From assembly GCA_965223505.1 (NCBI GenBank), contig CBDCWP010000030.1, forward strand, positions 64,001-128,000: a stretch of 64,000 nucleotides of DNA, in the 5' to 3' direction. The notes beneath the pieces were generated by a model that saw nothing but the letters and a program-made list of their open reading frames with translations, did not search any database and was not told where the DNA came from. Positions 47,104 to 55,254 of the stretch are shown one piece after another (the stretch's first letter is position 1; every line of letters begins with the position of its first letter). The position numbers were made by a program, and so were the translations under genes. This DNA is from Planctomycetota bacterium (GTDB lineage Bacteria > Planctomycetota > PLA2 > JAEUHO01).

Positions 47104-48642
47104 TCAGGGATGCTTGAGCCCGTTCTTGACGAAAGCCCGCCACTTCTCGTCGAGCTGCCGGAAGCTGACGCCGTAGGCCTCTTTCAGCGCGTCCTTCTCA
47201 TCGACGGGCACGCCCTGGGCGTCGGTCTTCTTCGTTAGGTCGATGAACTGCTTGAACTTGGCCGCGTCCCACTTGATGAGGCAGTCGACGACGCTCCAGG
47301 CCTTGACGAGCTCGACGTACCCGAATTGGTCGGTGCCCATCTTTGCGAGGCGCTTCATGGGCGGGTCGTTGCCGGCGTTGACGAGCGCGAGCAGCCCGGC
47401 TTTCCACTTGCTGCTGTTCGCCCAGATCGGCCCCTCGGTTCCGCCGCCCGATGCCGTCCCGCCCTTGCCGAGCGTGAACGACTGGGTGTACCCGTACGTC
47501 TCGAGCTCGAGGTGATAGGCATACCCCTCGCGCAGCCAGACGCTCGGGTACTTGTAGTTGATTCTGTAGCGGGTCAGCAAGATGAGCGCCACGTTGTGCA
47601 GCACGACGCTCGCAAACGTCTTGTCGGTCTCCGGGAACTGATAGGCGACGGCCGCCTTGCGGGGGTGCGTCCACCAGTAGCTGTGCTGGCGAGTCACCGA
47701 GCGGGTCCACCCGGGCACGAGGTCCTCGCAGTTCTCGGTCTCGTCGAACCACTTCGCGAAGCGCGCATACGAGGGCGCTTTCTTGAAGATCACGATCTGG
47801 ATGCGCTCGCCGATCTCCTCCGGGTAGTCGTTGCCCTGCGGCTTGAGCAATCGGCGTTGTAGTGCGTAGAACTCCTCGGCGGCCTTGGCGATGCGCTCGG
47901 TGATCTCCTTCGTCTGGTCACCGATGATGTCGAAGTGCGGCGTCCAGTGGTACTTGACCTTGAGGCGCGCGCCAGCCTTGATGTCCTGGACGTACTTCTT
48001 GCCTTCCTCGAACCCGACTTTTGTCCACTTGCCGTCGATGAGCTTCTCGCCGCGGCGCTTGTGGTACTCCTCCTCGGTGACCCAATCGTCACCGTCTTTC
48101 ATGAGGCCCTTCTCGCGGGCGTCCCGCTCCTCCGGCGTAACCCAGCCGCCCTTGTAGAAGACGAGACCCTTGGCCTTCATCTCGGCCTCGTACTTCTCCT
48201 TGAGGTACTGCTCCTTCTCCGACGGGCTCATCCACTGATCGTCGACGAGCTCGTGGCCGAGCATCTTGCGCGCGCGCTTGTCCTTGGGTTTGAGCTCGAT
48301 GATGCGTTCGAGGAACTGCGTGAGCTCATCTTCGAAGCCCTGCTTCTTCGCCCACTTGTGAAGCTCCCACATCTTCTTGGGGTCGTCCTTGGCGAGGCCG
48401 TATCGGAAGCTGAGCTGATTGCGGAGCGGGGGAACGGACGTGTTGACGAGCTTGACCTTGCTCCGCGGCAAGGTCTTGACACCGTCGAAGGTCGTCTTGA
48501 TGACCACGGTCTCTTCGTCTTGGCTGACGACCTCGCCTTCGAGGACCTCACCGTCGGTCGTGGTGACCGTGTGGGCGAGCGCGAGCGACGGAACACCCAT
48601 CACCAGGCCGAAGAGCCCTAGAATCAGGGGGCGGAAGCGCAT
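47104..48642 (-). CDS. Exported protein with gluzincin-like C-domain lacking HExxH
   Basis: Signal ALA; TVTTTDGEVLEG N-terminal module; GLV.YKGGWVT-type repeats; VVLHNVAL...WLREGYA. Confidence 0.7.
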   Translation of the reverse strand: MRFRPLILGLFGLVMGVPSLALAHTVTTTDGEVLEGEVVSQDEETVVIKTTFDGVKTLPRSKVKLVNTSVPPLRNQLSFRYGLAKDDPKKMWELHKWAKKQGFEDELTQFLERIIELKPKDKRARKMLGHELVDDQWMSPSEKEQYLKEKYEAEMKAKGLVFYKGGWVTPEERDAREKGLMKDGDDWVTEEEYHKRRGEKLIDGKWTKVGFEEGKKYVQDIKAGARLKVKYHWTPHFDIIGDQTKEITERIAKAAEEFYALQRRLLKPQGNDYPEEIGERIQIVIFKKAPSYARFAKWFDETENCEDLVPGWTRSVTRQHSYWWTHPRKAAVAYQFPETDKTFASVVLHNVALILLTRYRINYKYPSVWLREGYAYHLELETYGYTQSFTLGKGGTASGGGTEGPIWANSSKWKAGLLALVNAGNDPPMKRLAKMGTDQFGYVELVKAWSVVDCLIKWDAAKFKQFIDLTKKTDAQGVPVDEKDALKEAYGVSFRQLDEKWRAFVKNGLKHP

Positions 48643-48734
48643 CGTCGGGATTCCGGAGCCTCAAAGCTCCGAGTATATCGCCCCCGTGGCGGTCGACGTC
48701 GTTTGAGGGCCGCGTTCGCCGGTCGTGTACGGGC

Positions 48735-49043
48735 CTAGGACTCGCTGTCGTCGTCGGTGCCGGGGCACTTGCCCTTGCCCTTGCCCTTGCCCTTGCCTTT
48801 GCCCTTGCCCTTCCCCTTGCCTTTGCCCTTCCCCTTGCCTTTGCCCTTGCCCTTGCCCTTCCCCTTGCCTTTGCCCTTGCCCTTGCCACGGCGGCGGCGA
48901 CGGCCTTCATCCTCGCCTTCCTCCGCGAAGACGGTATTGGCGGCAAGTACGGTCGCCGGAACGGCTACGGCGAGCGCGGCAAAGCGCTTGAAGAGGCTGC
49001 GACGGTCGATCTCGCTCGACGTGTCCTGCGGGCAGTTGTCCAT
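48735..49043 (-). CDS. Tat-signal microprotein with R5-(GK)20 core
   Basis: AAGGAG RBS; DRRSLFK, hydrophobic core, VFA cleavage; mature EEGEDEG-RRRRR-(GK)20-CPGTDDDSES. Confidence 0.8.
   Translation of the reverse strand: MDNCPQDTSSEIDRRSLFKRFAALAVAVPATVLAANTVFAEEGEDEGRRRRRGKGKGKGKGKGKGKGKGKGKGKGKGKGKGKGKGKGKGKGKCPGTDDDSES
48768..48887. repeat. 20 x 6-bp repeat encoding (Gly-Lys)20
   Basis: 13 cttgcc, 4 tttgcc, 3 cttccc; all variants synonymous for GK on the minus strand. Confidence 0.95.
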
Positions 49044-49193
49044 TCGTGGCTCCTTTTCTCGGCGGGTGACGTTGGAAGACTAGGGCTGCCTCCCGGCGCT
49101 TCAAGTCGAAAGTACGACATGAGCGCCCTTCTCAGGCTCCTCTCATCTTCGGATAAGAAACGGCTGCGAACGCCGCTAGATTGCGCCTCGATC

Positions 49194-50480
49194 ATGCACA
49201 CCGAGACTCGACGACCGAAAGCGCCGCTCATGCAGTGGCTGGGCGAACACGGTGGACGCCTCGACGGCTGCCGGGCGGTCGCGGTGCCCGGAATGGGCAC
49301 GGGGCTGGTCGCGTCGCGCGACCTGCGCGAGGACGAGACGATCTTGTTCGTCCCCCGCGCCTGCTGGTTGACACGCAAGACGAAACAAACGCGCTTCGAG
49401 CCTCTCCTGACATGGGCGCAGGACGAGGGACTGTTCTCTCACAGCATGTCGCGTCTCGCGTTGCTCGTGTTGCTCGAACGGTACAATCCGTCCTCGTTCT
49501 TCGCGCCCTATCTGAGCGCGCTCTCGCCCCCGACACTTCCGGTCTCACTCAGCGAGAGCGAGGAGGCGGAACTGCAGGACCCGCTGCTCGGGACGTGGAT
49601 TCGAGAGCAAGGCAAGACCGTCGACGAAGAGTGGCGCCGATTGTCGAGCGCGCTTCCGCATCGGTTTCCGGATATCGTGACTCCGGGCGTCATCGACGCA
49701 TCGAGCTGGCACTGGGCATACGGGCATGTCGTCCAACGCACGTTCACCGTCGACGTGGACGACGAAGAGGTGTGGGTGTTGGTCCCGGGCATGGATCTGT
49801 GCAATCACGACTCGACTTCGCGCAACGCCTACTTCGCCGAAGAGGACGGGTGGCACCTGGAGACGACGCGTGCGCTGGGCGCGGGCGAGCCGATCACGAT
49901 CCACTACGGCAAGGAGAAGAACTCCGCCGACTTCTTCCTCTACTACGGATTCGTGCCACCCGACAACGTCAATGACCGGGTTTCCTTGCGTCTGGAACTC
50001 GACGCGACGGATCCCAACCGCGACGAGAAACGCGATGCGCTTGAGCTGCTTGGCCTCACGGACAAGTGCCGCGTCGGCGCCGACGGGGTGCTGCCGACGG
50101 CGTTCCTCAATGCGGCGCTGCTCTGGGGGCTAGCCGGCGACGAGTTCCGAGCGGAAGAGACCGACTGGCGGCAGCCGGGGTTCGAGAGCCGGACACTCGA
50201 TCGGTTGGCGGCGGTACTCGAGGAGCGGTTGGCGAGATTTCCGACAACGCTCGACGAAGACGGGGCCTTGTCGTCGTCGGCACCGGCCGAGGAATGGTCG
50301 CGGGCGCTCGTGTCATACCGCATCGCGTACAAGCGTGTGCTTCACGGCGCAGCCGACGCGATCCGGACGCGGGCGGCAGGCATTCGCGACGGCACGATCG
50401 AGTCGTGCCTACACGTGCCGGTCGATCCCGAAGCGAGCTACGGACTCGTCGATGTCACGGTGCGGGTCGGTGGTCGCTGA
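49194..50480 (+). CDS. SET-domain methyltransferase, Rubisco-LSMT/SETD3-like
   Basis: GTGLVASRDL, FFAPYLSAL, LVPGMDLCNHD, GEPITIHYG, YYGFV..N.ND, C-terminal FPTTLDED...YRIAYKRVL; start could be 49119, 49194 or 49230. Confidence 0.88.
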   Translation: MHTETRRPKAPLMQWLGEHGGRLDGCRAVAVPGMGTGLVASRDLREDETILFVPRACWLTRKTKQTRFEPLLTWAQDEGLFSHSMSRLALLVLLERYNPSSFFAPYLSALSPPTLPVSLSESEEAELQDPLLGTWIREQGKTVDEEWRRLSSALPHRFPDIVTPGVIDASSWHWAYGHVVQRTFTVDVDDEEVWVLVPGMDLCNHDSTSRNAYFAEEDGWHLETTRALGAGEPITIHYGKEKNSADFFLYYGFVPPDNVNDRVSLRLELDATDPNRDEKRDALELLGLTDKCRVGADGVLPTAFLNAALLWGLAGDEFRAEETDWRQPGFESRTLDRLAAVLEERLARFPTTLDEDGALSSSAPAEEWSRALVSYRIAYKRVLHGAADAIRTRAAGIRDGTIESCLHVPVDPEASYGLVDVTVRVGGR

Positions 50481-50482
50481 TC

Positions 50483-50575
50483 TCAGATCCTGAGAGCCCG
50501 GCACGCCGCGAAGAGCGCGAGGATCAGAAGCGTGGCAGCGGCCGCACGTAGATTGAACTGCGTGGGGTAGCTCAT
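50483..50575 (-). CDS. Possible 30-aa hydrophobic small ORF
   Basis: GGAG-N6-ATG; MSYPTQFNLRAAAATLLILALFAACRALRI. Confidence 0.4.
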   Translation of the reverse strand: MSYPTQFNLRAAAATLLILALFAACRALRI

Positions 50576-50685
50576 GGTGGTCTCCAAGGGGCCGTGCGGT
50601 CGGGCCCTACGTACGGAACTCCCGATTCGCGCCGGAATTGGACGCGCGTCCCGCCGGAAGAACCACGATGCGCTATGCTCCGCTC

Positions 50686-51303
50686 GTGACTGCACAGCGG
50701 GACGAGGATCTGGAAGCCCTGGAGGCCGCCGAGGATCGCTCGACAGCGCTGGCAACGCAGTTCGATCGGCACCGGCACCGGCTGCTGCGGATGATCGAGC
50801 TGCGCATGGACCCGGCGATGCGCCAGCGCGTAGGGGCATCGGACGTGTTGCAGGAAACATGGCTCGAGGTGTCGGGACGCATCGCTGACTGGCTTGCGGA
50901 CCCGCGCATGCCCTTCTTTGTCTGGGTCCGTTTCATCGCCGCACAGCGCCTTCAGAAGCTGCGCCGGTACCACGTCGGCGCCAAGAAACGCTCGCTCGAG
51001 CAGCAGGTGGGACTCGGCGCGTTCGCACGCGCGACGTCGGTCGCGTTGACGGACCGCCTGATCGTCTCGGGAATCAGCCCCTCCGGCGCGGCGGTCCGCG
51101 CCGAGATGCGGCTTCAGCTGGAAGATGCGTTGGAGACCATGCCCCCCACCGACCGGGAGGTGCTCGTACTACGGCACTTCGAGCAGCTCTCGAACAACGA
51201 GGTCGCGACCGAGCTCGGGATCTCGGTCAGCGCGGCGAGCCGCCGCTATGTCCGCGCCCTCGATCGTCTCCGAACCGTTCTCGATGCGGACCGCGCTCCG
51301 TGA
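50686..51303 (+). CDS. ECF sigma-70 factor, planctomycete-type
   Basis: RQRVGASDVLQET, FFVWVRFIA, RYHVGAKKRS, SPSGAA, DREVLVLRHFEQLSNNEVA; GTG 6 nt after TATGCT (alternative ATG 50668). Confidence 0.9.
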   Translation: MTAQRDEDLEALEAAEDRSTALATQFDRHRHRLLRMIELRMDPAMRQRVGASDVLQETWLEVSGRIADWLADPRMPFFVWVRFIAAQRLQKLRRYHVGAKKRSLEQQVGLGAFARATSVALTDRLIVSGISPSGAAVRAEMRLQLEDALETMPPTDREVLVLRHFEQLSNNEVATELGISVSAASRRYVRALDRLRTVLDADRAP

Positions 51304-54300
51304 CCGGCGCCGACGACTCGGTCGAGCAGATCCTGGAACGGCTCGCGGAGCAGATGCGCGGCGGCAAGCTCGTGAACCTCGATGAGATCGTCGCAGAGCA
51401 CCCGGCGTACGAGGAACAGCTTCGCCGTCTGCTGCCGGTGCTCTTCCTGCTTGAAGGCGCAGGGGCGCAAGCGACGCCGGCGGGGCCGTCACACGTCGCA
51501 CCCGAACAGATCGGCGCGTACCGCGTCGTTCGCGAAATCGGGCGCGGTGGTATGGGGCGCGTGTTCGAGTGCCGCGGCAAGAACGACGAGAGAGTCGCCA
51601 TCAAGGTCATTCACCCGCACCTCGTGACCCATGAGCGCCATCGGGAGCGGTTCCTTCGCGAGGCCGACGTAGGGCGCGGTGTCTCACATCCTTCCATCGT
51701 CTCCACACTGGGCGCCGCGACAGCGGACCTCGACGGCGTCGAGACGCCGTACATCGTTCTCGAGTACGTCCAAGGGCAGACGTTGCGCCAGCTGCTCGAC
51801 GAGGTCGGCGTCGTACCGGAACGTCTCGTGCGGTTCATCGGAGAGCGCGTCGCATCCGCCCTGGCAACGCTCCACGCCGAGGGAGTGACGCACCGTGATG
51901 TCAAGCCTGAGAACGTCGTCATCACGAGCGACGAAACCGTCAAGCTGATGGATCTCGGCGTCGCATTGCTCACGGAGCAGGCGCTTCGGCTGTCACGCAC
52001 GGGCGAGTTCGTCGGCTCGCTGCTGTACGCGGCGCCGGAGCAGATCCACGGCGGCGCACAAGGACCGGCAACCGATCTCTACGCCCTCGGTCTACTGCTC
52101 TTCGAGCTGTCCGCCGGCGAACACCCATTCCGACGCAATCCGCAGGGTGCCGTCGAAGGCGCAGTTCCGAGCTTGTCCGCGATTCGCGCGAACGTCAGTG
52201 CATTCCTCTCTGCGATCGTCCAGGAACTGCTTGCGCCCGACGCCGGTCGACGTTTCGAGAGCGCCCAATTGCTCGCCGAGGTGCTACGGGACGGCGACGA
52301 GTCCGACTGGTGGAAGTCACGCGAGGTCACGCCGCGCTGGCATCCGACATGGCGCCGGGGCGACGACGACATTCGACTGCACGGACGTGACGACGAGCTC
52401 GCGCGGCTGGACGCGTTGCTCGAGCGCGCCGAGGCCGGCGACGGCGCGGCTTTGGTCGTCGAAGGCGAGGCGGGCGTCGGCAAGAGCCGCATGGTCATGG
52501 AATGGCTCACGCGGCTCGAACGGCGATCGCATCCCCCACGCGTGACGGTCGCCGCGTGCTCGAGCGACGCCTCCGTGGGCACCGCTCCGCTCGCAACCGC
52601 GATGCGGGTGTTGGTCGGGGCCATGGACATCGAGGAGCGAGTGAATCAGCTCCTGGATACGGATGCACCCCTGGTCCAAATCCTGTCAGAAGAGCTGCGG
52701 GACGGCAGCACGTCGATGACACCCACGGCTCGCGCCACGGCCTACCAGCGGCTGTTGTCCGCCCTCGCACGAGAGCAGCCGCTCGTGTTCGTCATCGAGG
52801 ATCTGCAGTTCGGCGGCGAGGGCGTGTGGGAGTTGTTCATCGCGCTCGCCCGAACCGCTCCCGGTCAGCGCGTGTGCGTCGTCGGGACGACGCGGCCGGA
52901 CGTCTCCGAGAAGATCCGGCGTTCGGCAACGTCCACGCCGGAAACGCAGTGGATGACGCTGAGCGGACTGGACGCGGCCAGCAGCCACGCGCTGCTGCGC
53001 GAAGTACTCGGGCGCCGCGCTGCCGGCTCGACCGGAGCAGCGGACCTCATCCGAGCTGCCGACGGCAACCCGTTCTGCTTGCTCGAGTTCGGCCGCGAGC
53101 AGCGCCGGCAACGCAAGCGCGTCGACACGTCCAAAGGCGCGGCGGCGGGGATCCGTGTCCCGGACTCGTTGCGGGCTCTCGTGGAAGATCGGCTCGCCGG
53201 GATCGACAGCGAGGCCCGTGAGCTCTTGTCTGTCGCGGCTTGTTGCGGCGCGCAGTACGACCCGGAGCTCATCTGCGACGTTCTCGAGATGCCTCGACTA
53301 CGCGGTCTGCGGAGGTTCCTCTCGCTCGACCAGGAGAACGCCCTCGTCTCCGTGGACGGTGACCAGTATCGATTTCGCCATCACCTCGTACAGGAAATGC
53401 TCTACGAGGACATTCCGCCGGCGCTTCGACGTTCCTACCACACGTCGCTCGCTCGTGAGCTCGAGCGGCGCAGCACCACAGGGGACCGTCGGGTGTCTGA
53501 CCGCACCGCCCGGTCGCTGTTGCGACACTTCCTCTACGGCGACGAAATCGAAGCGGCGGTGCCCTATCTGAGGCAGGGTCTGGAGGCGCTGCAGCGAAGC
53601 GGCGACACGTCTCGCATGATCAAGCTTGCGCGTTTGATCGACGAGCAACACGAACGAGTTCCGCGATCGCTCCACGTCAGCGCACTCGCGATCCTTGCGG
53701 ACGGACTGCTTTCGTTGGACTCCGTCTCCGAAGCGCACGACGCATCTCGGCGAGCGTGGGCACTCTCCACGCACGAGGATCCAGCGGCGCGCGCCACCGT
53801 GGCCACCGGGTACGGGATCGCTCTGCGGCTGCTGGGACGGCAGAAGCAGTCGATCCAAATCGGAGAACAAGCGGTCACCCTTGCGCGCGAAGCAGACGAT
53901 GCGGGGGTATTGAGCGACGCACTGGGGCGACTGGCGCTGGTCTACATGCTGACCGGTCGCACCGAACACGCGCGCACGTCGGCTGACGAGGCGCTGCAGT
54001 CGGCACTCTCCACGACCGACTTCGCACGGCAAAGCTCGGCCGCTCGCCACCTCGGCGTGATCGAGATGGAGTTGTCGAATCTCGAACGGGGACGCGAGCT
54101 GCTCGAGTTCGCCGAACGAGTCGCTCGCGCGCACGGTCACCGCGACCGCGAGGCGGACGCGACCCATGCACTGGGGCTGGTGGCCCGTATGGAGGGACGG
54201 ATCGACGACGCCGTCGAGCTGACTCGACGCAACCGTGAGCAGGCGCGGTCTCTCGGGTTGTCGCGCATGGAAGCCGTCGCCTGGGCCAACTACGCCAATG

Positions 54301-55130
54301 CGCTGCTCGACGTCGGGCGGGCCGCCGAGGGCGAAGCCGAGGCGCGCGCTGCGCTGGCATTCGGCGCGACGCTCGACCACCCGTTCGTTGCGGTGCACGG
54401 AAACGCCGTGCTTTCGAACGCACTCGAGCGCGTAGGACGCCTGTCAGAGGCCGCGACGGCGATGGCCGGCTCACTGGAACGAGCGGAGCCCCTGAAGATC
54501 ATCCCGATGGAAACGGCTTTCCGAAGCGTCTACGCGGGGCAACTCGCATGGCTCGGACGGTGCGAAGAAGCGGAGGTCCAGCTCGAACGCACGAAGGAGC
54601 GTGCCGGCGCGGGGGCCACCCCCTTGATGCGCGCTCACATGGTCATCGCCGAGGCGAAATTGCTGGAGTCTCGACAACGGCCCGCCGAGGCGCTGGAGAT
54701 CCTGTCCGAGCGAATCGACGCCATCGGCACTCGGGAGCTCTTCTTCGAGATGCGGCTCCGGTTGTTGGCCGGGCGACTGGCTCTTGCGTGCGATGCCCCC
54801 GACGAGGCGCGCCGGCATCTCGATGACGTATTGGCAGATGCGCGCCGACTCGGACTGGAGGGCGTCACTGCCCACGCCTTGCTCCTTCGCGGAGGTCTGC
54901 CCGATGAGGAACTCCTGCCCGCGTACGTGTCACTCGAGGAGCAAGGCGAGGCGCTGCCGATCATGGAGCGGATGCTGTGCTCCTCTGTCGTGGGTCGTGC
55001 CCGCGCAGACCGAAAGTTGGTGGCGCAGGCACACTCGGACCTGGCGCTCGTGATCGAAAGGGTCGATGCATCCTCGCGTGCGGCTATGGAGGCGATGCCG
55101 TTCTATCGGGCGATTCGTGAGACGCCCTAG
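51300..55130 (+). CDS. Ser/Thr kinase-AAA ATPase-TPR protein (STAND-like)
   Basis: GRGGMG, HRDVKPEN, DLG, YAAPEQ; Walker A GEAGVGKS, Walker B VIEDLQ, GNPF, YRFRHHL; GTGA overlap with the ECF gene. Confidence 0.92.
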   Translation: MTGADDSVEQILERLAEQMRGGKLVNLDEIVAEHPAYEEQLRRLLPVLFLLEGAGAQATPAGPSHVAPEQIGAYRVVREIGRGGMGRVFECRGKNDERVAIKVIHPHLVTHERHRERFLREADVGRGVSHPSIVSTLGAATADLDGVETPYIVLEYVQGQTLRQLLDEVGVVPERLVRFIGERVASALATLHAEGVTHRDVKPENVVITSDETVKLMDLGVALLTEQALRLSRTGEFVGSLLYAAPEQIHGGAQGPATDLYALGLLLFELSAGEHPFRRNPQGAVEGAVPSLSAIRANVSAFLSAIVQELLAPDAGRRFESAQLLAEVLRDGDESDWWKSREVTPRWHPTWRRGDDDIRLHGRDDELARLDALLERAEAGDGAALVVEGEAGVGKSRMVMEWLTRLERRSHPPRVTVAACSSDASVGTAPLATAMRVLVGAMDIEERVNQLLDTDAPLVQILSEELRDGSTSMTPTARATAYQRLLSALAREQPLVFVIEDLQFGGEGVWELFIALARTAPGQRVCVVGTTRPDVSEKIRRSATSTPETQWMTLSGLDAASSHALLREVLGRRAAGSTGAADLIRAADGNPFCLLEFGREQRRQRKRVDTSKGAAAGIRVPDSLRALVEDRLAGIDSEARELLSVAACCGAQYDPELICDVLEMPRLRGLRRFLSLDQENALVSVDGDQYRFRHHLVQEMLYEDIPPALRRSYHTSLARELERRSTTGDRRVSDRTARSLLRHFLYGDEIEAAVPYLRQGLEALQRSGDTSRMIKLARLIDEQHERVPRSLHVSALAILADGLLSLDSVSEAHDASRRAWALSTHEDPAARATVATGYGIALRLLGRQKQSIQIGEQAVTLAREADDAGVLSDALGRLALVYMLTGRTEHARTSADEALQSALSTTDFARQSSAARHLGVIEMELSNLERGRELLEFAERVARAHGHRDREADATHALGLVARMEGRIDDAVELTRRNREQARSLGLSRMEAVAWANYANALLDVGRAAEGEAEARAALAFGATLDHPFVAVHGNAVLSNALERVGRLSEAATAMAGSLERAEPLKIIPMETAFRSVYAGQLAWLGRCEEAEVQLERTKERAGAGATPLMRAHMVIAEAKLLESRQRPAEALEILSERIDAIGTRELFFEMRLRLLAGRLALACDAPDEARRHLDDVLADARRLGLEGVTAHALLLRGGLPDEELLPAYVSLEEQGEALPIMERMLCSSVVGRARADRKLVAQAHSDLALVIERVDASSRAAMEAMPFYRAIRETP

Positions 55131-55254
55131 GCTCTGCTCTCGAGAGCAGAGCCCCACCCCTTTCGGCCAAATCGTAGTCGGGACGACGAATCTTCGCGTC
55201 GTTGGGAGTTCCCCCTTCATGGGCCCGGTTGGTCGGGTCCGTTGGAGACTCTCA

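Noticed and set aside
48768..48887. CRISPR array or phase-variation tract
   Set aside because: No spacers or cas genes; the 6-bp unit preserves the frame.
48725..49083. Alternative readings of the hexamer repeat as (CP)n, (LP)n or (RA)n peptides
   Set aside because: Repeat variants are synonymous only in the GK frame, which also has an RBS and a Tat signal.
50483..50485. Sec read-through of the small ORF TGA
   Set aside because: No redox motif or hairpin; the frame closes after 14 codons and runs antisense to the SET gene.
55131..55254. Hairpins in the lipoprotein leader as a riboswitch
   Set aside because: No recognisable aptamer consensus; an Rfam search would be needed.
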